A DNA stretch of 64,000 nucleotides from positions 16,462,485 to 16,526,484 of the forward strand of contig NC_134027.1 in NCBI RefSeq assembly GCF_964204645.1. Direction: 5' to 3'. The notes under the pieces were generated by a model, which was not told the origin of the DNA, did no database searches, and saw nothing but the letters and a program-made list of their open reading frames with translations. The translations under genes and the position numbers were made by a program. This document shows, piece by piece, positions 39,408 to 50,745 of the stretch (its first letter is position 1; each line of letters opens with the position of its first letter). Source of the stretch: Tubulanus polymorphus (Eukaryota > Animalia > Nemertea).

Positions 39408-39962
39408 ATGTCAAAGAAATCTGATATTGAAAAGACAATTGAGGATTTGGGCATTACTGGCAATAATGATACAGTTGTTTCTAATTTTATTCAAAATGAG
39501 GATATTGATTATGAATACTATTTAACATGTAAGCACCATCTAGAACTAGTGATTGCTGGTGGAAAATCAAAGGAGTTCTTAAATAGAGTTATAACTTTTC
39601 AAGAATTAGATAATATGAAACCAGATAAAGTAATCAAACATTTCAAAATATATGAAGAAGCTAGATTAGCTAGAATAAACGATTCTATAAGTGATGGTAT
39701 TATAAAATGTTACTCTAAATTATGTAACCGGATTATACCAATTGATGATGAAAATAAATTATATAGTGATATAAAAAATGACTACTTAGTTATGACAGAA
39801 TTACAAAAATGGGCTGGATACGCTTCATTCCAATTAGGTGGAATAATGACATTGATTTCTACTGGAGTTATAACATTTTCTAATATCAAACCTATAGTAT
39901 GTAAAGATAATAAATCAGAAGATATTGAATCAGAACAAAAATTAACTAAAATAAATGAATGA
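39408..39962 (+). CDS. Polinton/adintovirus-like hypothetical protein
   Basis: Intact 184-aa ORF with a T-run + TAAATG start; C-terminal hydrophobic segment; overlaps the next start codon. Confidence 0.6.
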   Translation: MSKKSDIEKTIEDLGITGNNDTVVSNFIQNEDIDYEYYLTCKHHLELVIAGGKSKEFLNRVITFQELDNMKPDKVIKHFKIYEEARLARINDSISDGIIKCYSKLCNRIIPIDDENKLYSDIKNDYLVMTELQKWAGYASFQLGGIMTLISTGVITFSNIKPIVCKDNKSEDIESEQKLTKINE

Positions 39963-40295
39963 TGATGTTAAGAAGAAGCCTAGATCTGAGAAACAAATTA
40001 AATGGGCAAGGGAGTTGGGTAAAAGATCTGATTAACTGATATAAATGAATCACAGAAATTATCTTTTATTGATTCGAATGATAATCCATCTGATTCTTCT
40101 AATGCTGGAAGTAATAATAAATTATATATTACAATTGGATTAGTAACAGTTATTATATTCTCTGGCGTAATATATAAATATAAGTATAAATCCAAATCTA
40201 ATAATAATGATTCCGATGATAAACCTATTATACCAGAAAATAAGTCAAATGATAAAATCATTGAAACTAAATCTAAATTATTATTAATGGATTAA
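39955..40295 (+). pseudogene. Frameshifted small basic/membrane protein gene
   Basis: TAAATG start, MNDDVKKKPRSEKQIKWARELGKRS, then in another frame a hydrophobic stretch LYITIGLVTVIIFSGVIY. Confidence 0.45.
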
Positions 40296-40301
40296 AAGAA
40301 G

Positions 40302-41387
40302 ATGAAAAAAGAACAATTTTTAAGAGATTTATATTATAACACAGAGAGTGAAGTATCATGTTCTAGTGTTTCAGAATTATGGGATAAAATAAAATTTGAT
40401 AAAGAAAATATAAAATATAGTGAACTAAGATTATGGTTACAAAATCAACCAACATATCAAATCCATGAGAAAATGGATAAAAACTATTTAACAAGAAAAG
40501 TTATGGTTTCATATATTGATCAACAATGGCAAGCAGATTTGATTGACATGAAGAACTTAGAGGAATACAACAGAGGATATTTTTGGATATTAAATGTTAT
40601 AGATATATTCAGCAGATACGCATGGTCAATTCCAATCAAAAATAAAACTGGTATAGAAGTAACTAATGCTTTTAAATTAATATTTAAAGAAGCTATTCCA
40701 GGTAAGATACAATTCGATGGAGGTAAGGAATTCTATAATAAACATTTTAAAAAACTATTATCTGATAACGATGTAGATTATTTTTCAACGTACTCAGATA
40801 AAAGAGCATCTATCATAGAAAGATTAAATAAAACATTGAAAACTAGAATGTGCAAATACTTTACTACAAATGAAACATATAAATATATAGATGTATTAGA
40901 TGATTTAGTGAAAGGTTATAATCATTCTAAACATAGTTCTATAAATATGAAACCCATACAGGCTAGAGAAGAAGATAATTCAGAAATAGTTTGGAATAAT
41001 TTATATGGAGCATTTGTTACACATGATTTCGGAGAACCTAAATTTAAGATAGGAAAACATGTTAGAATATCTAAATATAGAAAAACGTTTTATAAAGGTT
41101 ATACTCCAAATTTTACCGAAGAAATATTTAAAATCAAAAAGATAATATTAACTAAACCTTTTGTTTATAAATTAGAAGATCTAAAAGATGAAGAAATATT
41201 AGGTTATTTCTATGAACAAGAATTATCACTTGTACCAAACCCAGATGAAATAGAATACAAAATAGAAAAAGTATTGAAAACAAAAACTCTTGAAGGAAAA
41301 AAGTATTCATTAGTGAAATATAAAGGGTATGATGATAAATTTAATGAATGGATTTTATCTAGTAAAATTATAAGAATAAATGAATAA
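40302..41387 (+). CDS. Polinton retroviral-like (rve) integrase with C-terminal chromodomain
   Basis: WQADLIDM, VIDIFSRYAW, IQFDGGKEF, IIERLNKTLK (D-D-E); YKIEKVLK...LVKYKGYDDKFNEWI chromodomain; ORF open. Confidence 0.95.
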   Translation: MKKEQFLRDLYYNTESEVSCSSVSELWDKIKFDKENIKYSELRLWLQNQPTYQIHEKMDKNYLTRKVMVSYIDQQWQADLIDMKNLEEYNRGYFWILNVIDIFSRYAWSIPIKNKTGIEVTNAFKLIFKEAIPGKIQFDGGKEFYNKHFKKLLSDNDVDYFSTYSDKRASIIERLNKTLKTRMCKYFTTNETYKYIDVLDDLVKGYNHSKHSSINMKPIQAREEDNSEIVWNNLYGAFVTHDFGEPKFKIGKHVRISKYRKTFYKGYTPNFTEEIFKIKKIILTKPFVYKLEDLKDEEILGYFYEQELSLVPNPDEIEYKIEKVLKTKTLEGKKYSLVKYKGYDDKFNEWILSSKIIRINE

Positions 41388-42037
41388 AGATTTATTTATA
41401 TTTGAACCGCATAATATGTTAGTTACTGGGGTAACCAACTGTGGTAAAACAAATTTCATATTAGACTTGTTAGGAACTATTTATAAGAATCATTTTGATA
41501 ATATAATATTATTCTGCCCCACTTATGAAATGAATAAAAATATAATAGAGATATAGTTCAGATAAAAAAGTTTATTATATTAAATCCTAAAACAGTGAAA
41601 GAAAATCTAGATAATTGTATAAAATTAGCAATTGATATTTATAAAGGTTCAAATACATTATTCATCATAGATGATTGTGCAAATGTATATGATTCAAAAG
41701 TTAAAGAAAGTGAGTTATGTTATTTAGCTTTCTCTGGGAGACATTTTGGGATAACAACATGGGTTTTAAATCAAAAATATAATTCAATTGTTAAAGACTT
41801 TAGGGAGAATATTAGATTTTTTATTTTTATTCTACAATAAAGATAGAAAATCTATGCAACAATCATTGGAAGAAAATTTTTTTTTAAATATATATATATA
41901 GCTTTATTTCAGGGAAAGTTTTACAATAAGTTATATTTGCTAAGGTCAAAAATTGACATTAATAGCAAAGTTATAAATATTTAATATTGAAAAGACCGCT
42001 ATGTAGAAAAAAGACTATTACAATTTTTAAGAACAAA

Positions 42038-42081
<44 letters not shown>

Positions 42082-43560
42082 CAATAATAGGAAATACTTG
42101 GTATAATAGTTATTACAATAACAACATCACCACTATCACACGGTATTGATCATTTCACAGTCATTAGTCATAATGACTTAGATTTGCAAATTTAGCGGTT
42201 AGTGAGATAATACTGATGTTAGTATTATAATTCAGGTCTTGACTACCAAACAATAAAAATTTACATTTATCAATAAGTCGTTTTGAATTGCTGCATTGTA
42301 GATAATTGAATCTCATTAGCAAGGTCCTGGAGTAGGCTATGGATTTTATCGCGATGAGGAGGGTGCTGGCATTTTAAAAGGAAATGAACTGTATTGAGTC
42401 TTTTATTGTTGCAACTAGGGCAATTTGGATGAAGCACATTGCTAAAATTATGATCATATAGCTGGGATCGTAAAAAGAGGTCTACACGTAGTCTATTTAA
42501 AGACATTTCTTCTCTACGATTTAAATTTGGAATCATTGCTGTCGTGATTGTAGAAACTAGTGATGATCGTTTATAGACTCTAGATTTAAAAATTGAAAAG
42601 TTTTGAATAGAGCGAATGTCTGTACAAGTGTCATTCCAGACAGCCATAAGTCTGAATATAGGGGAATTCTTAATTTTACTTGGTACACGATGGGGTATAC
42701 GAAAAGGTTGTTGATTTCTCAAGTTTCTTTCAGCTATATTTCGGTAGGTACTGAAGAGTGATAAGACATAAGGGGGTGCATACATTTTGAAAATTTATAC
42801 ATGAAAACTTTTTGTCGCTCGAGGCGCCTGCTTGATAATGACTGCCAGTTAAGGACAAATAAAACTTTTTCTCTATTAGAACCCGTAAAACAGCCTGATA
42901 CTATGATAGCAGACTGGTAATGGAGCCGTTCAAGCCTATCTAGAGTTGTTTTGTTGGCGCTACTAAATATTACATCACAATACTCAAAGTGTGGGTATAT
43001 AAATGAACTGTAGATTGTGTTCAGGTGTCGTGATTTTAATTTATGCTTTAAAGATTTTAGTGGATTTAAAAGCTTTTGTACCTTTTCATAAATAGATTCA
43101 ACATGTTTTTGGAAACTTAGATTTGAGTCTAAGGTAAAACCTAAGTGCTTGTGTGACGTTTCACTTGGGATACGAATACCGTTTAAAAACAAAGGATTAT
43201 AATTCTTGATGTCACTTTTACAAAATGTGACATCACAACTCTTACTAGGCTCAAACTCAAGATCCCAGCAAAGTGCCCACTTCGAGATATTATCAAGATC
43301 TGACTGGACGGCTCGATTACCTGGGTACGGGTCAGTTGGATCAATACTAGAATATAAGGAGGTATCATCTACATACAAAAACACAGTACTGCTTAATCCA
43401 TCGGGAAGATCATTAATATACAACAAAAATAGGAATGGAAGAAAATCAAATAATACCTACTGAATTACATGATGAATATATGAATATATTAAAAAGTAAT
43501 AAAGGTTCCAAATTACTTCTGAGACTACAATTTCATTATGAATATAGATTTATAAAATAT
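41380..43560 (+). pseudogene. FtsK/HerA-type (A32-like) packaging ATPase, split by a LINE insertion
   Basis: Walker A GVTNCGKT (about 41428), Walker B LFIIDD, SGRH, LNQKY; the frame resumes after the LINE at 43436 (LEENQIIPTELHDEY...). Confidence 0.88.
41878..43435 (-). mobile_element. 5'-truncated LINE (CR1/L2/Crack group)
   Basis: LYINDLP...LYVDDTSLY, KHLGFTLD, C-terminal CPSC..HFLLKC; 3' UTR with (AAT)n and an A-rich tail; 11-bp TSD TGGAAGAAAAT at 41867-41877 and 43436-43446. Confidence 0.92.
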
Positions 43561-43579
43561 GGCATTTTAAGCATTTATG

Positions 43580-43645
43580 TATTAGATACGTATTAGATAC
43601 GTATTAGGTACGTATTAGATACCATAATAATACGTATTAGATACA

Positions 43646-43716
<71 letters not shown>
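43580..43716. repeat. (TATTAGATACG)n minisatellite followed by (TA)n
   Basis: Directly visible; lies at the switch in Polinton orientation. Confidence 0.9.
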
Positions 43717-43717
<1 letters not shown>

Positions 43718-43719
<2 letters not shown>

Positions 43720-44644
43720 TTTTCAGCATTTATTCTCGATCTAGTTTTTTTTATCAAACTCGTCTGTTGAAGGGGCTTTAGAATCACTATCTGCTAAATT
43801 AGAATTATGTGCTGATCCATCATCGTTATCAATATTAGTTTAATTAAAATCAGGTTGTGGTTCATCAGGTATAAATCCTTCATTATTATTTCCCATTTCT
43901 CCCATTTCATAAGCTTCTCCACCTTCTACATCCATTTATATCTTATAAAAATTAAAATTTAAAATATAATATTCCTCCTATTACAATTCCTATACAAGTT
44001 ATAGCTAATTTATTATTTTCATGGGATTTATTATCATTATTAGTTATAATTATAAGAATCATTTCCACCTTTTGTTTTTAATTTATAATGTTTCGCCCAA
44101 TTAGTCTTTGTTATACATTCATTACAGAAGGCACAATAATTTAGTTCTTCTTTGCATTTATCTTTATATATATTAGCATATGTTTTTACTAATTGTAAAA
44201 TATGTTCATCTTTTTTGATGTGCAATAAATAATCATTATAATTATCAAAATCTTCTTCACAATATGTGTATCTAATGATATCTTTTGGTTAAACATTTGA
44301 TTTTTCTATTTTATAGTTAGAGGTAGATTCTGTTACATCTTCTTTTTTAGTTTCAATATTCTCTTCTTTTTTAGTTTCAATATTATCTTCTTTTTTAGAT
44401 TCATTATTATCTTCTTTCTTAGATTCAATATTATCTTCTTTTTTGTTTCAATATTGTCTTCTTATTTAGATACATTATTATCTTCTATTTTAGGTTCAAT
44501 ATTCTTTTATATTTTACTTATTCTATATTTGAATTGATTAAAGTATTCTCCAAAATACTTACTATATTCATCATAAGGTATTATATAATATATATCTGAT
44601 ATCATTTCACTCGGACTTTGTATTTCATATAGTCCTCCTTCCAT
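43718..44644 (-). pseudogene. Inverted Polinton segment: decayed ORF with 24-bp KKEDNIE(T/S) repeats, plus the start of the MDVEGGEAYE gene
   Basis: TAAATG starts at 44647-44642 and 43938-43933; 43718-44050 is the reverse complement of about 45560-45897. Confidence 0.6.
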
Positions 44645-44676
44645 TTATTATAGAACTTTTTATTAAAACTAAAATT

Positions 44677-44903
44677 CTAATACATAACACTATTCAATTG
44701 AGAATTTATGATATTTAATTGCGCGTCAGATATAATATAAATATGCATTTTGAAATTTAAGCTTCCTTTTTTCTTTGTCATGAATAATTGTATCCCATCT
44801 TTAGTACTCTGTAATTTTTTCCCAGAACCATGTAATAAATTATCTTCAGTTGTTCTGAAATCTAACCATAATGCGTATTTATTACCAGTATAGTAATCAA
44901 TTT
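44677..44903 (-). pseudogene. C-terminus of Polinton/adintovirus major capsid protein
   Basis: Not in the ORF track. Translates as IDYYTGNKYALWLDFRTTEDNLLHGSGKK/LQSTKDGIQLFMTKK...HIYIISDAQLNIINSQLNSVMY*, which I recognise as the hexon-like C-terminus; one frameshift in an A run. Confidence 0.75.
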
Positions 44904-45180
44904 TGTCGTTGACTCTGGCCGTCCGAGTGGCGACTATCGATTGATAAGATCTTACTCATGAATTTCCATATGACTAACTGAATATATTTTACTAAAACTA
45001 TAAGGTTATGATTATATACGCATGCGAAGAGGAAAGAGAGACGTGGGTGATGCCTGGAAATAGTCGTTTATCTAAAGAGAGTCGAATTACCGTAATGCCT
45101 GAATGAAAGTGTACTGATAAGAGCGGTTCAAACTATAAACTAGAGAAAGAATTGTGTCAAACTGAATGGCGTCACCGACA
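44904..45180. mobile_element. Solo LTR, 277 bp
   Basis: TGTCGTTGAC...GTCACCGACA termini; 5-bp TSD AATTT at 44899-44903 and 45181-45185. Confidence 0.85.
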
Positions 45181-45469
45181 AATTTAATAGTTTTAAATTT
45201 ATCAATATAATCATATAATATTGAAAATGAAGAGGAGCACGATAGCACAGGAGCAGGCGATCGTATTGCGATTGTACGCTATTCTTACGGTAGTTAGAAA
45301 AGCACTACCGTGCTATAATAAAGAGGAACACAGTAACATTACAATAGCAGTAGCAGTATAAAAGCATAGAATCGCAAAATCGTACAATAGCACATATTTT
45401 CTATAGAATAACGTTTATAAAAGGAAGACATCAAATACAATGCTATTCTTGCTATTCAGAAATATCGCA

Positions 45470-46800
45470 CCTGTCTCAAATATCAAATTGGATAATGATT
45501 CTAAAATAAAAGATTACAATACTACAGAAAATATAAAAACCGATAATATTCAGCATGATATAATTATAACTAATAATGATAATAAATCCCATGAAAATAA
45601 TAAATTAGCTATAACTTATATAGGAATTGTAATAGGAGGAATATTATATTTTAAATTTTAATTTTTATAAGATATTAATGGATGTAGAAGGTGGAGAAGC
45701 TTATGAAATGGGAGAAATGGGAAATAATAATGAAGGATTTGTACCTGATGAACAGCAACCTGATTTTAATGAAACTAATATTGATAATGATAATGGATCA
45801 GCATATAATTCTAATTTAGCAGATAGTGGTTCTAAAGCCCCTGCAACAGACGAGTTTGATAAAAAAAACTAGATCGAGAATAAATGCTGAAAATTAAAAT
45901 CCAGATTTAGTAAAACAAAATCTAGAATATAATGAATATATTTATAATTTCAAACCTATATTTGAAAAATCTGGATATAATATAAATGATAGAGGTGCTT
46001 GACATTTAGTAAGAGAATTGAAACTTTTAGATAATGGTGAATATTATTATCATTTGAAAGATGATTATTATATTGATATCACTTATAAAAATCAGAACAA
46101 AATATTAGCAGAATCAACATTAATATAATTTAGAACCATCTAGAATTAAAAGAATAAGTAATAGTAATGAAATAGAAAATGTTACACAAGAAGAAATAAA
46201 TCAAAATAAAAGAGTATTTAAACAAAGAATTAATGACTTATTTGAAACAATCAATAATAATTTAGAAACAGAAACAATTTCAGAACAGAATATAACTTCC
46301 AAAACTAGTAAACTTAGATCAAATAAAGTTCCAATTGAAAAACATTTACCAAATGGGTTACTAGATGCAACAGATCAAGAATTAGAAGATTTAAATATAT
46401 TTTCTGATATAGCAATTAGAGAAATTATTAGTATAAGACTTGCATCTGATAAAATTGCACATGATAAAAGTATAAGAGATTTTAAAATTAGAACTTTAGA
46501 AAAAGATAGAACTGATAAAATAATAGAAATAGAACAATTAGAATTAGATAGAGATAATAAAGTTATAGAAGAAATTGAATTTTGAAAAAGAAATGCATAT
46601 TTAGAAAAAGAAAAAGATGATTTAGAATGTAACATAGAATTACAGAAAGAAGAAATTAAATTATTATCAAAATCATTTGATTATAATATTAATAGATTAT
46701 AAGTTATTTTTAAAGATTTGTTGATAAAACCAAATTCTGAAATATTAAAAGATAGAATAAAATTATTATTTAAGTTAGAAAGTATAACAATTCTTTCTAA
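45470..46800 (+). pseudogene. Polinton fragment: TM-ending ORF, then a decayed acidic/coiled-coil protein gene starting at 45678
   Basis: MDVEGGEAYEMGEM..., coiled-coil E/K/I-rich frames with stops, ending LKDRIKLLFKLESITI. Confidence 0.5.
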
Positions 46801-47598
46801 CAGCTGTAACTATGTTATTTGCTTTTGATTTTGACCTACGGAGAGCATTCTCACTTAACAATAGAGTTAATACGCACATTAAATTCAGCTTATGATAAGG
46901 ATTATCAGTTTTACAATGAGGTTTATACACAGTTTATCGAACGATATTTCCAACATCTTCCCGGCCCCGAGAAATACGCTCCATCGCGATTTTAGCAGCT
47001 TTGCGTGAGCTGCGTCCTTTCACAGGCATATTCGCAATCGCGTTTGGAATTATAACAGTCTGTTCAGACCAGAACGAATTTCCAGTGGATAGAGTTTTTT
47101 AACCGGTCGTGACGTACGACCTGATGCTGTGCGAACTACAGCCGAACGAACTCGATTATCCAGTCCACGATTCAAACTTTCAACAACAGCTAACTTCCAA
47201 TTGATACGTTTCGAGTCTGTATGTATTTGGACGACATCGCCAACTTTGATAACTTCCGAGTTATCACCATACGTTACGTGTCGTTCTCTGAGTGCTGTTA
47301 AGTACTCGTGTTGCCATCTGCACCAAAAGTGTTGAATTATTTGAGTGCGGCGGGCGTAGCGTGCATTTAACTGTGTAAAACCATAGTCATGGTCATTTAA
47401 TTCATCCTCATTGATGATATGACGAGGCAAAGTCGTCAAACGTCGGCCATTCAATAAATGAGATGGCGTTAACGGAACCAGACCTGGAAAACTCGAGGAA
47501 ACAAAAGTTAGCGGTCTGTCATTAATTACAGATTCACTGTCAACAATTAAAGTTCGCAATTCATCGAAATTCACTTGCGCACGACCCAAGGCTTTCAT
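46801..47598 (-). mobile_element. BEL/Pao 3' fragment: integrase C-terminus, PPT and partial 3' LTR
   Basis: INDRPLT..PLTPSHLLNG..FWCRWQHEYL..WKLAVVESL..RPVKKLYPLE; purine tract GGGGCCGGGAAGA followed by TGTTGG at 46955. Confidence 0.9.
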
Positions 47599-47599
47599 T

Positions 47600-49226
47600 C
47601 AGGAGATCGGAATAATTTATCTTATTGAACGATGACCACACTCAAACGTGGTGAACGGATAATAAGATAAAATCCCACTATTTACAGATTAAAAGAATTT
47701 AAAAACCAGAATTTATTTATTAAATCTAAAATATTTAAAAGACACAAATCTAAAATATTTAAAAGACACGACGTTTCGATCTCACCCTAGAGATCATCGT
47801 CAGGTGTGAGAAATAGACTAAAAACAGGGGTATATATACAGAGGAGGACAGGTTAATTGAGTAAATTGGTGAGTGAGTAAGTAATTAGTGTTTGGCAAGG
47901 CATGAAGTAATATACTTAGAAAGAAGGGAATTATGCGGAGAAAAGCCATTATTTAAATTGGTACTAATATCTGAGTGACGAGTAATTAGGGCAGACTCAA
48001 CTATGTGGCGTTTAGTGTAATTGCTGGAAGTATAAATAATTTCGGCTTTATCAAAATTAAAACGATGACCAGTGTTCCAAACGTGATTGGCTACACCACT
48101 AGCCGGTTTTTCATTTATTATATCCTTTTTGTGTTCCGAAATTCGAGTGTTTAAATCACGACCAGTTTCTCCAAAGTAAATTTTATCACAGCCAAAACAA
48201 GGAATTTTGTAAACTCCGCAGTCCAAAGGTTTAGATTGATTGTTTTTAACCAAAGTCTTACTAATTTTGTTTTCATACGTGAAAATGATTTGTTTATCCA
48301 ATAAAGGGAGAGAGTGACGAAACTTTTCCAAAACAGGTACATACGGAACTACAATGAACTCTGAAATGTGTTTTTATTTTCTGGAGGTTTAGAATTGAAG
48401 AAAGTACGTTTAGCCTTAGAAATAGCGATTTTCAAAATGTGATCAGGGTAAGCATTTTTTCTAAGAGAGTTGGATATATGGTCAAATTCAGCCGAAAGGA
48501 AGGTTTCATCGCAGATCCGCAGTGCACGGAGAAAGAGGCCTTGAGCGAGACCGATTTTGATTGATTTGGCAGTAAACGAAAAGAAGTGAAGGTATGCCTC
48601 GGCGTTGATAGGTATACGGTAGACTGAGAAAATCAAATGAGAAAATTTATTGTGAATTAGAACATCTAAAAACGGAATTTGGTCATTTTGTTCCCATATA
48701 AAAGTGAATTTCAAAGATGGATATTGGGAGTTGATGAAGTCGATAAAAGAGGTAAGATCAAAATTATCAGAAACTAAGCTCAGAATGTCATCAACATATC
48801 TAATCCAAAAGTTAGGTTTAGAGCCAGCGTACTTAGGGAGAATTTCGGATTCAAAGTGTTCAAGGAAAAGATTAGCCAAAATCGGGGATAATGGGTTACC
48901 CATAGCGAAATCGAAAATTTGTTCATAGAATTTGTCTTGGAATTGGAAATATAAATTGGTAGTACAGAGTTCCAAAAGTTCAAGTAAACATTCTACAGGA
49001 ATTGGGAGATCAAGATTGGAGTCCGGGAGTTTTCTTCTTAAGAAATTGAGAGTTGGTTCCAATGGTATATTAGTGAACAAGGAAACAGCGTCGAAAGATA
49101 TAAATTTTTGTCCATTAGGTTTGAGATTTTTGAGTTTGTCTAAAAGATCCATATTGTGGATCCGAATGTGAGAATCAGAAAAAGTACCCAAAGCCGGGGA
49201 GAGTACTTTAGCCAGATATTTGGAGA
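47600..49226 (-). mobile_element. Penelope-like element: RT, GIY-YIG endonuclease and 3' pLTR region
   Basis: SFDAVSLFTNIP, AMGNPLSP, RYVDD (48349-49226); GVYKIPC..C..YFGETGR..R..EH (47885-48331, frameshifted). Confidence 0.93.
47766..47807 (-). ncRNA. Minimal type I hammerhead ribozyme of the Penelope pLTR
   Basis: ACAC-CUGACGA-U-GAUCUC(UAGGGU)GAGAUC-GAAAC-GUC^GUGU: core, stem II and stem I are present; stem III is vestigial. Confidence 0.8.
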
Positions 49227-49721
49227 AAGATCTCCTCCGGCTAGTTTTCAATACAATTTTATATTCATGAATTTGGACACCATTTGGAATACCCTTCAAG
49301 GTCAATCTAATCAGTTCTTTCCTCGGAGATTTTCGATTGCTCTCCAGGAACTTAAATCCATCAAAACCATCCGCATCTCCAAGGCTGATAAAGGCGGCAA
49401 AATTGTTATTCAAGATTTGATCAATTACAATTCTAAAATGTTTGCTATTCTCGGTGATTCCAATTTCTACAAATCCATCAAAAACAACCCTTTGAAAAAG
49501 ATGCAATCAGCTTTTAATTTAGGTTTAAAAAACATCTCTAAGAAATTTCCTGACCATTCGGACTTCCTCTCCAAATTTAACTCTCGGCTTCCAAATCTTC
49601 CTTATGCTTATGGTCTTCCAAAAATTCATAAACCCAATTCACCGTTAAGACCGATCATTTCTAATATCAATTCTCCATCATATCGGCTCTCCAAATATCT
49701 GGCTAAAGTACTCTCCCCGGC
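49227..49721 (+). mobile_element. Inverted upstream part of the same Penelope RT
   Basis: ISKADKGGKIV...YGLPKIHKPNSPLRPIIS...LSKYLAKVLSPA; 49688-49722 is the exact reverse complement of 49192-49226. Confidence 0.9.
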
Positions 49722-50640
49722 TGATATTCCCGGCTACTTTCCGTAAAAGGAAAAACCGGAAGTTTAGGAAGATGTGGTTGTTTTGCTTATCCTGTATTAA
49801 AATAGAATTAGTTAAATTGTAGATAAAATAATTAGTATAAGTATTTCAAATAATTTAAGAATTGACAATCAATCACAATGTATTCCGAATCGTAGTTAAT
49901 TATAATAATTAAACAAAAGAAACAATGAATTTGTACTGTAATTAGAAAAGAAAACAAAGTCTTGAAAAGATATTTAATTTGAGTAATCTAGATGTTGTTT
50001 AAGAACAAATTGTTAATAATCGCTAATGTTTTAGAAAAATTAATTTGTGTTAAATGTTAAAACTAGCTGTCTGAAGTTTCTGTTGTCTGTATGCGCTCGT
50101 TGGTAATTCACAGACTATAGCTGCTCTCTCAACAACGACTAGCAAGGAGTGAGTAAATCACAACGCGTCATGACAGGAGGGTTGGAAGGAAAAAGTTAGT
50201 TTAGCAAATCAGTTTTAAAAATAATTTTAGATCAGCGAATCATCAAGGCCAAATTCTATATGACCAAAACAATCATGACAGTAAGGTTGCTGCTCCTTGC
50301 CAAAAGTCGAGTGGGAGAGTCGGTATTTTAAGAATGCCGATTCTTTCTATAAAAGGGACCCGCATCTTGAGAGAGCAGTCAATCGAGAGAATCTGTACCT
50401 AAGTAAGACGAGTGTCGACAGCAGGACAGGAGAAGCTTCGGAACGATAGGGATTCATATACAATAGGGATTAGGAAAATCATTCTTTGTTCAAGGTAAAT
50501 AAAATATATTATCTTCAATATTATCATCCGGTATTTCAATTTATCCATTCGGATTTGTGCACGGACACGTTCTCTCGCCAGGGCCTTACTCAAGTATTTT
50601 ATAGATAACGATTAAAGAGAGGATTGTGACCGGTGTATCA
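49722..50640 (+). mobile_element. 5' LTR of a Ty3/Gypsy element
   Basis: TGATATTCCCGG...CCGGTGTATCA termini; TATAAAA at about 50348; ATTAAA at 50611; PBS follows. Confidence 0.75.
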
Positions 50641-50641
50641 C

Positions 50642-50660
50642 TGGTGCCGAAACCCGGGAT
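50642..50660 (+). promoter_or_regulatory. Primer-binding site complementary to tRNA-Phe (partial duplicate at 50674-50687)
   Basis: TGGTGCCGAAACCCGGGAT is the complement of the eukaryotic tRNA-Phe 3' end (...AUCCCGGGUUUCGGCACCA). Confidence 0.88.
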
Positions 50661-50745
50661 ATTGGCGTATCACTGGTGCCGAAACCCATACTGTTTAGTT
50701 CAGTTGTGCCGGAAACTTTTGCATTAGTAATTAATTGTCGTTCAA

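Noticed and set aside
48349-49506. Single 385-aa RT ORF with an unusual N-terminus
   Set aside because: Its first 90 or so residues are the antisense of the inverted segment; ORFs 49156-49746 and 55741-56121 are similarly chimeric.
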